Under the pieces are notes generated by a model, which saw nothing but the letters and a program-made list of their open reading frames with translations, had not been told where the DNA came from and did no database searches. The position numbers were made by a program, and so were the translations under genes. From sequence record LR756508.1: 64,000 bases of DNA. The stretch is one strand, 5' to 3'. Below, one piece after another: positions 39,609 through 49,443 of this stretch (position 1 is its first letter; the number at the start of each line of letters is the position of its first letter).

Positions 39609-40763
39609 ATGAACTCAAAAACGTCTCTACATCTTGCCGATTCCAAAAAGAAGCTATTGAAATTCGACCAGAATAGTTTTCACTCCTGCGTGTGTGATCC
39701 GCCCTATGAGCTTGGAATCATGAACAAAAGCTGGGACGAAAGCGGCATCGCTTTTGATAGCGAATATTGGAGTAGAGTTTATCGGGTTTTAAAACCTGGC
39801 GCTCACCTACTTGCTTTTGGTGGTAACAGAACTCATCACAGGCTTATAGTTGCAATTGAAGACGCTGGTTTTGAAATTAGAGATTGCCTCATGTGGGTTT
39901 ATTCGAATGGTCTCAGCAATTCTCATGACGTTTCAAAAGCTATTGATAAGCACCACGGAAAAAGCGAAGAGCGTGAAGTTGTAGACACTTACACGAAAAC
40001 CGAGTCGTATACAAAAGAATATTCTGGAGAGGCAAGGGGCGAAACCCCCTGGGGGCAGGCAGTGATTGAAGTTACAGCTCCCGCTACCCAGGACGCAGAG
40101 AAGTGGAATGGATATGGAACCAAGCTGAAACCAGCTTACGAGCCGATTGTTCTTGCCCGAAAACCGATCTCAGAAAAAAATATAGCGAAAAATGTATTGA
40201 GGCATTCTGCTGGAGCCATAAACATTGGCGACTGCAAAATTGGAAACGAGAGGCTTCCTGCAGTTGATCGTGGCAATTCGAAAAATACTGATTTCCAAAG
40301 CGGTGGCGATACGCCAAAGCGTGAAGGGAGGTGGCCTACAAACTTTATTATAGATGAGGAGGTAGCAGGCGAGTTGGACTGGCAGAGTAGAGACCGAAAT
40401 GCTTCTCGCTTTTTCTATTCGCCTAAAGCTCAACAGGACGAAAGAAACATTGGTACTGCAGAAAATAACCATTCTACTGTAAAGCCTATTGAGCTTATGG
40501 CGTATCTTGTTAGGCTTGTTACTCCTCCTGAAGGTGAAGTTTTAGACCCATTTATGGGAAGTGGGAGCACTGGAGTAGCTGCGATTTTGGAAAACGTGGA
40601 CTTCACGGGCATTGAACTCCGAGAGGAAAGTTTTGAAATAGCAGAAGACCGAATTCAGTATACAAAAAGAAATTACGTAAAAGTGAGAGATCTTATTTTT
40701 GATGATCCTCATAACGAAGAAACAAACAAAGAAAAGTCTGCCATGAATCACGGGTTCTGGTAA
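39609..40763 (+). CDS. Beta-class DNA methyltransferase D
   Basis: VCDPPYELG, HSTVKP, VLDPFMGSGSTG. Confidence 0.92.
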   Translation: MNSKTSLHLADSKKKLLKFDQNSFHSCVCDPPYELGIMNKSWDESGIAFDSEYWSRVYRVLKPGAHLLAFGGNRTHHRLIVAIEDAGFEIRDCLMWVYSNGLSNSHDVSKAIDKHHGKSEEREVVDTYTKTESYTKEYSGEARGETPWGQAVIEVTAPATQDAEKWNGYGTKLKPAYEPIVLARKPISEKNIAKNVLRHSAGAINIGDCKIGNERLPAVDRGNSKNTDFQSGGDTPKREGRWPTNFIIDEEVAGELDWQSRDRNASRFFYSPKAQQDERNIGTAENNHSTVKPIELMAYLVRLVTPPEGEVLDPFMGSGSTGVAAILENVDFTGIELREESFEIAEDRIQYTKRNYVKVRDLIFDDPHNEETNKEKSAMNHGFW

Positions 40764-40809
40764 TTTTCATATCATTGTATTTTAGATTTGATAATATCTT
40801 GTTATAACC

Positions 40810-41295
40810 ATGAAAATGATAGCAGCGGCTGATGAAGAGGGGGGTATTGGAAAGGACGGAGAAATTCCCTGGCATCGCCCGCAAGACCTTCGTTTTTTTA
40901 AGTTTAAAACTCTCCACAAAAACATCGTCATGGGAAGGAAAACTTTTGAAAATATAGGCATTCTTCCCAACCGAAAGATGTATATCTTGTCAAAAGAAAA
41001 AAATGGATATGTTGAAGGCTCCAACCGAATGGCCAGGTTCGTTCGGATTGAGCAGCTTTTCCTCGAAGCATTCAATTCTCAAAACGAACTGTATAACTGC
41101 GGAGGAGGTCAAGTTTATGATTTATTTCTTGAACGGATCGAGGAAGCTTTCATAACCAGGGTAGCTGGCTCTTACGACTGCGATACATTTCTTCCTGACC
41201 TGCATAGCGAATTAGAAAAAATTGGCGAGTTTGATTTAAGCGGAGACTTGACTGTTGAGAGATGGATTTCTTCAAATAGAAAACTCAAAGCATGA
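40810..41295 (+). CDS. folA: Dihydrofolate reductase
   Basis: IAAADEEGGIGKDGEIPW, VMGRKTF, CGGGQVY, CDTFLP. Confidence 0.92.
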   Translation: MKMIAAADEEGGIGKDGEIPWHRPQDLRFFKFKTLHKNIVMGRKTFENIGILPNRKMYILSKEKNGYVEGSNRMARFVRIEQLFLEAFNSQNELYNCGGGQVYDLFLERIEEAFITRVAGSYDCDTFLPDLHSELEKIGEFDLSGDLTVERWISSNRKLKA

Positions 41296-42365
41296 CAAAT
41301 CCGATAAACGACGCAAAGAATTTTGATCTGAGCGTCGAAGATTACTTTATAATGCTAAGCCATACTATCGAAGAGACCTCAACAAATAATAGGCACAGGG
41401 TCATAAAAAACTTTGAGCCTAGCTTTGATCTTCTTAGAAAGATCGACCCCGAAGACTTAGACCAGCATGGAGGAAAAGATGTGGCTGTGGTTTATATGGT
41501 CTGGGACAACTTTGCTTATGTAAAGTATGCCCTGCTCTCTATCATGTCAAACTATGTTCACACTGACCTTATTGATTTTCCATTGAAAGTAATTTTTGGC
41601 GGAGACTTAGCAGAGTTTGAAAACGTACTGCGACCTGTTTTTGAGGCGTTTGGGGCTGAAGTTATTATTGATCAAGATTACAAATTCAAATACACGCTTC
41701 CTAACCATTTTTCTGATCATAGGTTTATCTTTAACGTCGATGCGGACATTTTCTTCTTTGGAGGACGGAATGACATTTACAAGAGCATTTTCAACTATTA
41801 TCGAGGAAGAAAAAAAGTGAAAGCTCTTCGAGAGCCTTATATTGTTTGTAGCGAAGAACTCGACTGGTCCTCTAAAAAACGATTCTTTCATCCTTTGGAA
41901 GCTGTTCCCCCTGATACATTTGATCTTGATAGCAAATACGATAAGTCGGGTTTTATTAACTTCTGGATGAACTGCGAATTTTTGGACTTAACCCGCAGGG
42001 AAGTTTTCAACCGGATGAGGGGAAGCTGGATGTGGAACATCTTTTCCGCGTTCGAGCCCAATATGTTTCGCAGGTTTGGAGAATGGGACGACTATTCGAA
42101 GTATTGTAAAGAAGACCTGGAGATTTGGGATGACGAATTTGTCTATGAGCTTTGGAACTGGGATAACAATATTCCTCAAGTTTACCTTGACTCTTTTCGT
42201 AAAATCAGAAATGCGAGGTCGGACCTAAGTTTTCTTGATGAAGATAAGGAAGAAAAACGGACGGGGATCACTCACCCCGTTAATGCGTATAAAGAAATTG
42301 ACAGGATCAAAGTAAGAAGTTTCTTTGATCACATTCAAATGGAGTTTCAACAAAAACTGCTTTAG
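41292..42365 (+). CDS. Putative GT-A fold glycosyltransferase
   Basis: FNVDADIFF (DxD); YVKYALLSI resembles GT8-type N-termini. Confidence 0.45.
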   Translation: MTNPINDAKNFDLSVEDYFIMLSHTIEETSTNNRHRVIKNFEPSFDLLRKIDPEDLDQHGGKDVAVVYMVWDNFAYVKYALLSIMSNYVHTDLIDFPLKVIFGGDLAEFENVLRPVFEAFGAEVIIDQDYKFKYTLPNHFSDHRFIFNVDADIFFFGGRNDIYKSIFNYYRGRKKVKALREPYIVCSEELDWSSKKRFFHPLEAVPPDTFDLDSKYDKSGFINFWMNCEFLDLTRREVFNRMRGSWMWNIFSAFEPNMFRRFGEWDDYSKYCKEDLEIWDDEFVYELWNWDNNIPQVYLDSFRKIRNARSDLSFLDEDKEEKRTGITHPVNAYKEIDRIKVRSFFDHIQMEFQQKLL

Positions 42366-42367
42366 TT

Positions 42368-43021
42368 ATGCCCCAATCCGATCTCGATGAAGCCGTTGAA
42401 GCTGGAAAAGAAAAGGCTCTCGATAGAGAAGCAGATGTTTTAATCTATGAAAATGAAGGAAGTAATATCAGAAACGATTTTACTATTACGCTTTCACGAT
42501 GGGGAATGCCTAAAGAATTCCCCGAGCTAGATAGGACATATAAAGTCGTAGCAGAGATCTTTTTCGAAGACGGAAATTCTCGTGTTTCTTTCGCTCCCTC
42601 GGTTGATAATGAAGGCAATTCTTCTAGCGAGTTCTGCGAGGGTAGAGAGGTTCTCGTTGTGTTTGAAGGAGGAGACACTGAAAAAACAAAAATCGAAAAA
42701 CTCTCTAAACGGCAGGTTAAAACTGAAAACGGCATGAAGTTCAAACGCTCAGATCTAACGGCTGGCTGGGGAACCGAGCCCTCAAAACTTGAGCTTGAAA
42801 CCCAGAGTAATGAAAGTTCAATTTCTGATAACGATCTTGATTGGATCGAGAAAGGTGATGAAGTCCTTACCTCAGAAGAAAAGGTGGTTGAAGTAACTGC
42901 CGTAACATCAAGGCAGATTAAGACTTCCGAAGACAACTACCGAAAAAGCGATGGAAAGGTTTGGGGAGGAGGGGAAAAGGAACTTGCTAAAAAATTAACT
43001 CAGAGTATTGAAAATTCATGA
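42368..43021 (+). CDS. Hypothetical protein with a duplicated small beta domain
   Basis: IEKLSKRQVKTENGMKFKRSD versus VTAVTSRQIKTSEDNYRKSD. Confidence 0.65.
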   Translation: MPQSDLDEAVEAGKEKALDREADVLIYENEGSNIRNDFTITLSRWGMPKEFPELDRTYKVVAEIFFEDGNSRVSFAPSVDNEGNSSSEFCEGREVLVVFEGGDTEKTKIEKLSKRQVKTENGMKFKRSDLTAGWGTEPSKLELETQSNESSISDNDLDWIEKGDEVLTSEEKVVEVTAVTSRQIKTSEDNYRKSDGKVWGGGEKELAKKLTQSIENS

Positions 43022-43812
43022 CCGTAGATACATATTTCATCTTTGCAATGGGCAGGTCGGGAGGATCTTCGCTCCAGCATGCCATAACTGCGGCTATAAA
43101 TAAAAAAAATCCATCTACTGGAGAACCGTTCAAAACTGGAATCTATCACGAAGTCTTAAAAAAATCAAGATATCCTGAAAAAACTCTGCTTAAACAGGTT
43201 GAATTTATAAAACGAAATTTCTGTGGATTAAAGATTAATTTACATCATTTCTCATTTATCCCTGAAGAAAAATTTGGGAGGTTTGATGATAGCAAGCAGT
43301 TTTTCCGTCCCATTTTTAACAGTTTTGACCACATAATTTTGAATGAAAGAAAAAATCTTTTGAAAAAAGTAATATCAGAGCGCCAAGCTGTAAAGCTAGA
43401 CAGCTGGGAGGTAAATTCATTAGAAGACCGAGTGAAATTGATTGAAAGCTCGAAGACTTGGACTGAAGATTTAGAGGCAGTTGAAAATCACTTAAAACGA
43501 AAAGAAGATCTCTGGAACTTTTGTACAGACTTGCTTTCTGATTCTGAAATAAGTGTTTATAATGCAGATTATGAAGACGTGTATGTAGATACGACAGTTG
43601 ATGAGAGAATAGATAAAGTAAAAGACATTGTTAACTGGCTCGGGTATGCGTTTGATGACGAACACACTGGGACAATCGAGCACTTAATGAGCCCAAAAAG
43701 AAAAGTGTCTTCCAAACGGCTCTATTCTCTTATCGATAATATTCATGATATTAATGAAAGGTTTGGACCCAAATACGGATATCTATTCGAAGAGCATAAT
43801 AATGATAATTAA
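43018..43812 (+). CDS. Sulfotransferase-like (Stf0-type) protein 1
   Basis: IFAMGRSGGSSL (5'-PSB-like), ERKNLLKKVIS (3'-PB-like), YED. Confidence 0.7.
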   Translation: MTVDTYFIFAMGRSGGSSLQHAITAAINKKNPSTGEPFKTGIYHEVLKKSRYPEKTLLKQVEFIKRNFCGLKINLHHFSFIPEEKFGRFDDSKQFFRPIFNSFDHIILNERKNLLKKVISERQAVKLDSWEVNSLEDRVKLIESSKTWTEDLEAVENHLKRKEDLWNFCTDLLSDSEISVYNADYEDVYVDTTVDERIDKVKDIVNWLGYAFDDEHTGTIEHLMSPKRKVSSKRLYSLIDNIHDINERFGPKYGYLFEEHNNDN

Positions 43813-43826
43813 ACTAAAGCAACAAA

Positions 43827-44039
43827 ATGAGCGATACAAAAGGTACTGCAAACAAAGTTATTGATCTGGTTCTCGAAGGACTTGTGACTGACAGCAAAGA
43901 GAAGAAACAGATTGCACTCGAAAACATCCTTTATGAGTTTCTGGAGAAAGATCGAGAAAAGTTTGAGCGTCTTCACGAGCACATGCAGTGGCGAACTCCA
44001 CATGACATTGAGGATGGAAATGAGGCAGAAGAAGAGTAG
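43827..44039 (+). CDS. Hypothetical protein
   Basis: 70 aa acidic ORF. Confidence 0.55.
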   Translation: MSDTKGTANKVIDLVLEGLVTDSKEKKQIALENILYEFLEKDREKFERLHEHMQWRTPHDIEDGNEAEEE

Positions 44040-44288
44040 AAGTAAATCGTGAATTGCCCAAGACTCAGTCAGAGCTAAAAGTGGAAAATCATACTGGTGG
44101 CATGGCAGAAAAAAACTGCTGCATCTATTTGATCTGATGCTTTTTCTTTTGTAAGTAAGGTTTCATTTCGAAAGTAGCCTACCATTTTAGAGTCACTGCA
44201 TGTTTCCGGTAAGAATATTAGCCAGAACTTTTTCAAATCGTAGCTGAGTTCCTCGTTTTCTGAGGAGAAAAGTTTAAGTAGATTTGAT

Positions 44289-44795
44289 ATGAACTCGCAG
44301 CTTTGTGTTTTTTGCGTCTGGAAGCTAGGTCCACTCATATCGTTTTTGGACTTTTTAAGAAACTTGGACCATGATATTGTTCGTATATACCTCGATAAAA
44401 GGTATTTGACATCTAAAAACAATCCAGCATATGATCCGAGGCAGCATGATTACTTAGAAGAGGAGATTATACCAGAGTATGACGTCAAATTTCATGGTGA
44501 GCCTTTTGACGATTTGCATAGCCTTCCTGGTATTATTTTTAATGATCGCGAATTCTTAAAAAATGAACCTGACTTTTTTTTCGCACGAAGACACAAGCAG
44601 ATGAAGGTTCATTTGATTGAGGGATTAAACATTGATCACCGCAAACTGCTTATTCATGAAATTGGTTATTATCCCTGGGATAAGACTTTTCATTTTGGCC
44701 GAGGGGGAGTTTTTCCTGAATCTCGACTTTACAGGATGACTGAAAATGACCTAAAGGACTATCCTATCTATGGAAAAAATACAAGAAGGGATTGA
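44289..44795 (+). CDS. KpsS/KpsC-like capsular polysaccharide protein, N-terminal part
   Basis: LLIHEIGYYP..TFHFGRGGV resembles the E.G..p....ld..Gv segment of this family. Confidence 0.45.
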   Translation: MNSQLCVFCVWKLGPLISFLDFLRNLDHDIVRIYLDKRYLTSKNNPAYDPRQHDYLEEEIIPEYDVKFHGEPFDDLHSLPGIIFNDREFLKNEPDFFFARRHKQMKVHLIEGLNIDHRKLLIHEIGYYPWDKTFHFGRGGVFPESRLYRMTENDLKDYPIYGKNTRRD

Positions 44796-45390
44796 AGACC
44801 TAAAACAGGAGGAAAGTAAAGACATTTCTATATTTGGCAGACCTTTTGTTTATGTCCCACTTCAAACCACCGACGAGTTCAAGAGAAATGCGTACTCGTG
44901 TTATGAACAAAACAATCAAAAGTTTATAGAGTTCGTTGATAAGATAGTTCCTAATAAATACGCCTTACTCGTAAAAGAGCATCCTGGCATGCCGCCTGAA
45001 AAACATGTTCGGTATGATACCCTTTCTGAGAGGTGTCTTAATATTTCTGGTCTGAACTTTTCGGTTTATGACCTTATTAACGAGTCTGAGTTTGTCATTG
45101 CAATCAACACTACTACTGTCGTAGAAGCAATAGCGATGGGAAAAAAAGTCTTTTCTTATGGCGATGAAATTTTCTGTAACAAAGGACTAACCCATCACAA
45201 GATTTATGATTTCGAAAAATTTAGACGTGCCATTGAATCTACTCTCCGAAATCTAAAAAGAAATGATATCAATAAGAAATTCATTTCAGCGGTCATAGAT
45301 CGCTCCATAATAGGCAAAAGGGCAGATGATCCTTCGTACGTAAAAAACCACTTCTGGAACTCTGAACTTCAAATCTCCGAAAAAAGTTAA
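44770..45390 (+). CDS. KpsS/KpsC-like capsular polysaccharide protein, C-terminal part
   Basis: YVPLQ, LVKEHP, VIAINTTTVVEAIAMGKKVFSYG. Confidence 0.65.
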   Translation: MEKIQEGIEDLKQEESKDISIFGRPFVYVPLQTTDEFKRNAYSCYEQNNQKFIEFVDKIVPNKYALLVKEHPGMPPEKHVRYDTLSERCLNISGLNFSVYDLINESEFVIAINTTTVVEAIAMGKKVFSYGDEIFCNKGLTHHKIYDFEKFRRAIESTLRNLKRNDINKKFISAVIDRSIIGKRADDPSYVKNHFWNSELQISEKS

Positions 45391-45421
45391 AAATCTGCCT
45401 TAACAAAAGATCACATCTGAT

Positions 45422-45703
45422 TTGAGCGAGAACATGGAGAAAAATGGTAAAAATTCCTGGAAAGTATACATCGTTCGGTGCTCCGATGATAGCTTGTATA
45501 CGGGAGTAACAAAGGATTTAGATAGGCGAGTGAATGAACACAACTCTGGCAGTGGAGCTAAATATACCAGATCTCGCACTCCCGTTAAACTCGTCTGGTC
45601 AGAAAGTAAATCATCTCGGTCCAAAGCTCAGAAGCGAGAGCACGAAATTAAGTCCCTTTCAAGAGACAAAAAACTTCAATTAATAGATGTCAGATCTGGA
45701 TAA
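45422..45703 (+). CDS. GIY-YIG nuclease (UPF0213-like)
   Basis: VYIVRCSDDSLYTGVTKDLDRRVNEHNSGSGAKYTRSR. Confidence 0.9.
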   Translation: MSENMEKNGKNSWKVYIVRCSDDSLYTGVTKDLDRRVNEHNSGSGAKYTRSRTPVKLVWSESKSSRSKAQKREHEIKSLSRDKKLQLIDVRSG

Positions 45704-46742
45704 TTTTTTCGATACTGAAGAGCCTGCGTCTAAAAGCGAAAAAGATAATAAAAAAGACACCCGGAACAGGAAAATATCTTGGAGCCAATTTAAGACGTAT
45801 GAAGAATGTCCTAAGAAGTGGCAGTTAAAGTATAAAGAAGGACATCATATTCCTTCCTCTTCGATTCATACAATTTTCGGTGCTGCAGTTCATGAGGCGA
45901 TACAAAGTTATCTTAACGTTTTATATCATAAGTCCGTGGGCGAAGCAGAAAACCTTGATCTTCGTTCAATTCTAATCGAAAAAATGAAGGAAGAATATAA
46001 AAAAGCTCGGGATGAGTTCGAAGAAAGCGAGTACATTGACGGAGACGAACTGCCTGCTTCTCAGATCGAGATGAAAAAGTTTTTGATGGATGGGGAGAAG
46101 ATGATCAAATCTTTCCTGGCTAATAGAACTAATTATTTTAATACGAAGACAACTGATCTAGTTGGAATAGAGCTCCAGGTAAATCATTCTCTTAAAGAAA
46201 ACGTCGATTATGTTGGATATTTGGACGTGGTTTTAAAAGAGCGTGGAAAAGAAAAGTATAAAGTAATTGACATAAAAACAAGCAAGGAAGGCTGGGATAA
46301 ATGGAAGAAAAAAGATAAAATGCGTGTTAACCAAGTCGTTTCTTATAAATCCTACTATTCGGAGGTTCTCGGCACCGACCCATCAAACATTGACGTCGAG
46401 TACATAATACTAAAGAGGATCTTAAAAGAAAACAAATATCATAAGCAAAATAGGATTCAAACATTTTCTCCTCCAAGTGGAAGCATCACTCAAAGCAAAG
46501 TCCGAGAGCAAATCAACGAGTTTGTTGAAGACTGTTATAATGAAGACGGAAGTAGAAAAGATAAAGAATATGATCCTGATCCTGAAAAATTTACCTGCTG
46601 CTGGTGTGAGTTTTCTAAGCAGTTTGATGGAAAATATCCTGTTTGTGATCAAGGTGGTGAAAGATTTGGTGTTGATGATAATGAAAAATATCCATCTGGT
46701 ATGAAAGGTTATATTGACAACAAATACGTAGAAGATAATTAA
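45687..46742 (+). CDS. PD-(D/E)xK RecB/Cas4-like exonuclease 1
   Basis: ECPKKW, GYLDVV, IDIKTS, CCWC..C terminal Cys cluster. Confidence 0.82.
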   Translation: MSDLDNFFDTEEPASKSEKDNKKDTRNRKISWSQFKTYEECPKKWQLKYKEGHHIPSSSIHTIFGAAVHEAIQSYLNVLYHKSVGEAENLDLRSILIEKMKEEYKKARDEFEESEYIDGDELPASQIEMKKFLMDGEKMIKSFLANRTNYFNTKTTDLVGIELQVNHSLKENVDYVGYLDVVLKERGKEKYKVIDIKTSKEGWDKWKKKDKMRVNQVVSYKSYYSEVLGTDPSNIDVEYIILKRILKENKYHKQNRIQTFSPPSGSITQSKVREQINEFVEDCYNEDGSRKDKEYDPDPEKFTCCWCEFSKQFDGKYPVCDQGGERFGVDDNEKYPSGMKGYIDNKYVEDN

Positions 46743-46756
46743 AACAGAAATTTGCT

Positions 46757-47257
46757 ATGTCTAAATTCACTAAAAATAAACTCCAAAAGTTATATGTTGA
46801 AGAAAACAGATCGGCCAGTTACATTGCTAAAGCTTTTGGTTATAAAAGCACATCTTCAGTCTACTTTTATCTTAATAAGTGGAATATTCAGAAGAGTCAA
46901 CAAAAAATAAATGAGACTAAACTTAAAACACAATTCTCTAATTTAATTAAAAACGAAGTTGGATCCTTCGAAAATTTTAAAGAAGTCGTAGATAATGCTG
47001 AGACAAAAAGAGAGGTAAATCAACATCTTCACATTGAAGACTGTTCTGAAATGCTCGACTTTTTTGACTTAGAGGTTGTTCCTAAAAGAGAGCAGATAAA
47101 GAATGAAGCTACTCTTAAAAATCTTTATATCGAGAAAGATCTCAATCAAGAGCAAATAGCTGAACGATACAATTGTTCGTCAAGCTCTGTCGCATCCTGG
47201 CTGAAGAAATACGGAATTGAAAAACCTCATAATCTTAAATGGAACTTGGTCAAATAG
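46757..47257 (+). CDS. HTH-repeat protein; probable 5' part of a frameshifted endonuclease
   Basis: Two LxxLY.E...S...IA HTH-like repeats. Confidence 0.6.
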   Translation: MSKFTKNKLQKLYVEENRSASYIAKAFGYKSTSSVYFYLNKWNIQKSQQKINETKLKTQFSNLIKNEVGSFENFKEVVDNAETKREVNQHLHIEDCSEMLDFFDLEVVPKREQIKNEATLKNLYIEKDLNQEQIAERYNCSSSSVASWLKKYGIEKPHNLKWNLVK

Positions 47258-47864
47258 GGAAGCTTCACATCCTCATTCTGATGGTTTTAATCATTCTGAA
47301 AAAACAAAAAAGAAAATGGAGGAATATAATGTTTCTAAGGAATTCCTCCAATACTATTATCACAAGTTAAATTTTACGAGCAGAGAGATCGCCAAAATTA
47401 TCGGCTGTTGTAAAACAACAATTGTTAACAAGCTCGGAAAATTTAACATTGAGAAAAAAACTCGACAGGATTATGATCAAAGTGGAAAAAATAACGGCTT
47501 TTACAATAAAAGTCATACAAAAAAGTCTAAAAGAAAAATGAGAAAAAACTATATTGAAGAATTGGAAGAAAAACACGGAGAGGTCATTGTTCCAAATTAT
47601 AATCCTAAGGCTTGTAAATTGATTGATAATTACGCCGAAAAACATGGCTATGAATTCCAACATGCGGAAAATGGCGAAGAGTATTTTGTAGAAGAATTAG
47701 GATACTGGGTTGACGGGTATGATGAAGACAAAAATACTGTAATTGAGGTATATGAGTCTCACCATTTTAAAAACGGAGAATTGAGAAAAGAAGATAAAAA
47801 GAGGGAAAAAGAAATTAAAAGTAATCTGAACTGCGAGTTCATTTCTCTGAAATCTTTTGAGTAA
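47217..47864 (+). CDS. NUMOD3/HTH-containing putative homing endonuclease, 3' part
   Basis: HSEKTKKKM, HTKKSKRKM, GYWVDGYDEDKNTVIEVYESHH. Confidence 0.65.
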   Translation: MKNLIILNGTWSNREASHPHSDGFNHSEKTKKKMEEYNVSKEFLQYYYHKLNFTSREIAKIIGCCKTTIVNKLGKFNIEKKTRQDYDQSGKNNGFYNKSHTKKSKRKMRKNYIEELEEKHGEVIVPNYNPKACKLIDNYAEKHGYEFQHAENGEEYFVEELGYWVDGYDEDKNTVIEVYESHHFKNGELRKEDKKREKEIKSNLNCEFISLKSFE

Positions 47865-47881
47865 AAGATAGATAAAATTTA

Positions 47882-48184
47882 ATGAGTTCGTGTAATCAAA
47901 CAAAAAGAAAATCGATGACCCTAAAGGACATGTTCGAAAAACTGATTTTTGGAAAATATGAAACAAAAAAAGAGCTTCTTGATTTAGCAGAAAAGGTTGA
48001 AAATAAGAACTTCGAAGAGCTGGACTCGGAAGTCGAGAGCCTTATGGAAACCACCGTTGCATTTGTAGAAGATGAAAAAGAAGAGCAGTTTCTCCAAACG
48101 TTCTCAAAAATTATTAGGCTCGGCGCGAAAGGAAAGGTAAACGAGCTTGAAATGATCGAGGACATGTATAATCGCAAAAATTAA
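47882..48184 (+). CDS. Hypothetical protein
   Basis: 100 aa ORF. Confidence 0.55.
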   Translation: MSSCNQTKRKSMTLKDMFEKLIFGKYETKKELLDLAEKVENKNFEELDSEVESLMETTVAFVEDEKEEQFLQTFSKIIRLGAKGKVNELEMIEDMYNRKN

Positions 48185-48190
48185 AGTGTT

Positions 48191-48469
48191 ATGCTTATTG
48201 AGTCGAAAGAAGACTTTAAAACTCGCTTAGTCGAAGACTTAAGCGAGGAGGGGTATGCCGTTGAGTTCGGTGAAACCGAGATTAAAGAAGATCCAGCCAC
48301 TGCCGTTCCTGTTGAGTTTCAAAAAGCTAAAGTTTTAGATGGTGAAGGCAGTGAGGTTAGTTTTCGCCTGAACACTAATAACTTTCAAGTTGATGGTGAG
48401 CACTACAATAACTTAATCGAAAGTTTTTTGGAGCAGGTCGAGGAAAAATTTAAAACTGAGGACGAATGA
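48191..48469 (+). CDS. Hypothetical acidic protein
   Basis: 92 aa ORF. Confidence 0.55.
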   Translation: MLIESKEDFKTRLVEDLSEEGYAVEFGETEIKEDPATAVPVEFQKAKVLDGEGSEVSFRLNTNNFQVDGEHYNNLIESFLEQVEEKFKTEDE

Positions 48470-49176
48470 GATCATATTTTAAACTTGCTAATGAACTTCT
48501 GCCTATCAATGAAGACGTCAAGCAGAACAGAGAGTATAGAGAATTTGCTCGGAAGATTTATCAAAAGTTAAAGTCTGCCTTAGAAGACGGTAAAAATAAC
48601 ATATTAAACAAAGCCAAAAATGGTTATTTTGTCGACGGAAATGTAATAGGGCACAGCGCCTTTATATTTTACTTTGCTCCTAAAGGCCACACAAGTGGGT
48701 ACAAGAAGCACGAGGACTACCACATGATTAAAATTCCTGTTCTTCCCGAAGACGGATCTCCTGAAAATATTGAGTTTCGCCTCCATGAAATGAAAAAAAC
48801 TATTGTTCACGAGATCATTCATGCTTTAGATAATATGAGATTTGATAAAGACATGGAGGATTTCTACTCAAGTGAAGACCTGGGAACAAAAGAGTACTTC
48901 AACAAACCCAATGAACTGAATGCCTACTACCAAGGAGCTGTAAATGAGCTTGAGGAGTTTATCGAAGACATGTCTCTTCACGAGTTTGAAGCGTATCAAG
49001 ACTTCTTCGAGGACTTCCAGAGCTTTAAAGACTGGACATTTGAGCTGTTTTTTGAAGAGAAGTTTTTAGAAGCGATCACCAGAAAGAATAAAAGAAAAAT
49101 TGAGAAAAGACTTAGCAAGTATTATCAAAAAATCGAAAAAGAAGGCAAATTAAGCAAAAATCGTTATGAGCAGTAA
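48466..49176 (+). CDS. Zincin-like metalloprotease paralog 1
   Basis: IVHEIIHALD ... YFNKPNELNAY. Confidence 0.65.
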   Translation: MRSYFKLANELLPINEDVKQNREYREFARKIYQKLKSALEDGKNNILNKAKNGYFVDGNVIGHSAFIFYFAPKGHTSGYKKHEDYHMIKIPVLPEDGSPENIEFRLHEMKKTIVHEIIHALDNMRFDKDMEDFYSSEDLGTKEYFNKPNELNAYYQGAVNELEEFIEDMSLHEFEAYQDFFEDFQSFKDWTFELFFEEKFLEAITRKNKRKIEKRLSKYYQKIEKEGKLSKNRYEQ

Positions 49177-49438
49177 ATATGAACTAAAAGAAGGGACTGA
49201 AGTTCGGGTTCCAAATCTTATTTTTGAAGACAAAGATTCAAGTGACGTAGAGGACGTCATGTTTTTTGAAGTAAGAATTGACCGAACTGAAAAGAACTAT
49301 GTTTACCTCTCGACGCTTGGAGATAATAACCATTACGATGGAGAACGATTCCCTCGCGATCTTGTTCAAGCTTGGCAGTATAAACCTTACTTTAATGTGG
49401 GTTCGTATGAAGAAAAGGATGTCGAGCAGAAAGTTTGA
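49166..49438 (+). CDS. Hypothetical protein
   Basis: 90 aa ORF. Confidence 0.55.
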   Translation: MSSKYELKEGTEVRVPNLIFEDKDSSDVEDVMFFEVRIDRTEKNYVYLSTLGDNNHYDGERFPRDLVQAWQYKPYFNVGSYEEKDVEQKV

Positions 49439-49443
49439 ATTTG

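Noticed and set aside
35436-40763. Diversity-generating retroelement driving MTase variation
   Set aside because: There is no reverse transcriptase and no near-identical TR/VR pair with adenine-specific differences; paralog divergence is general.
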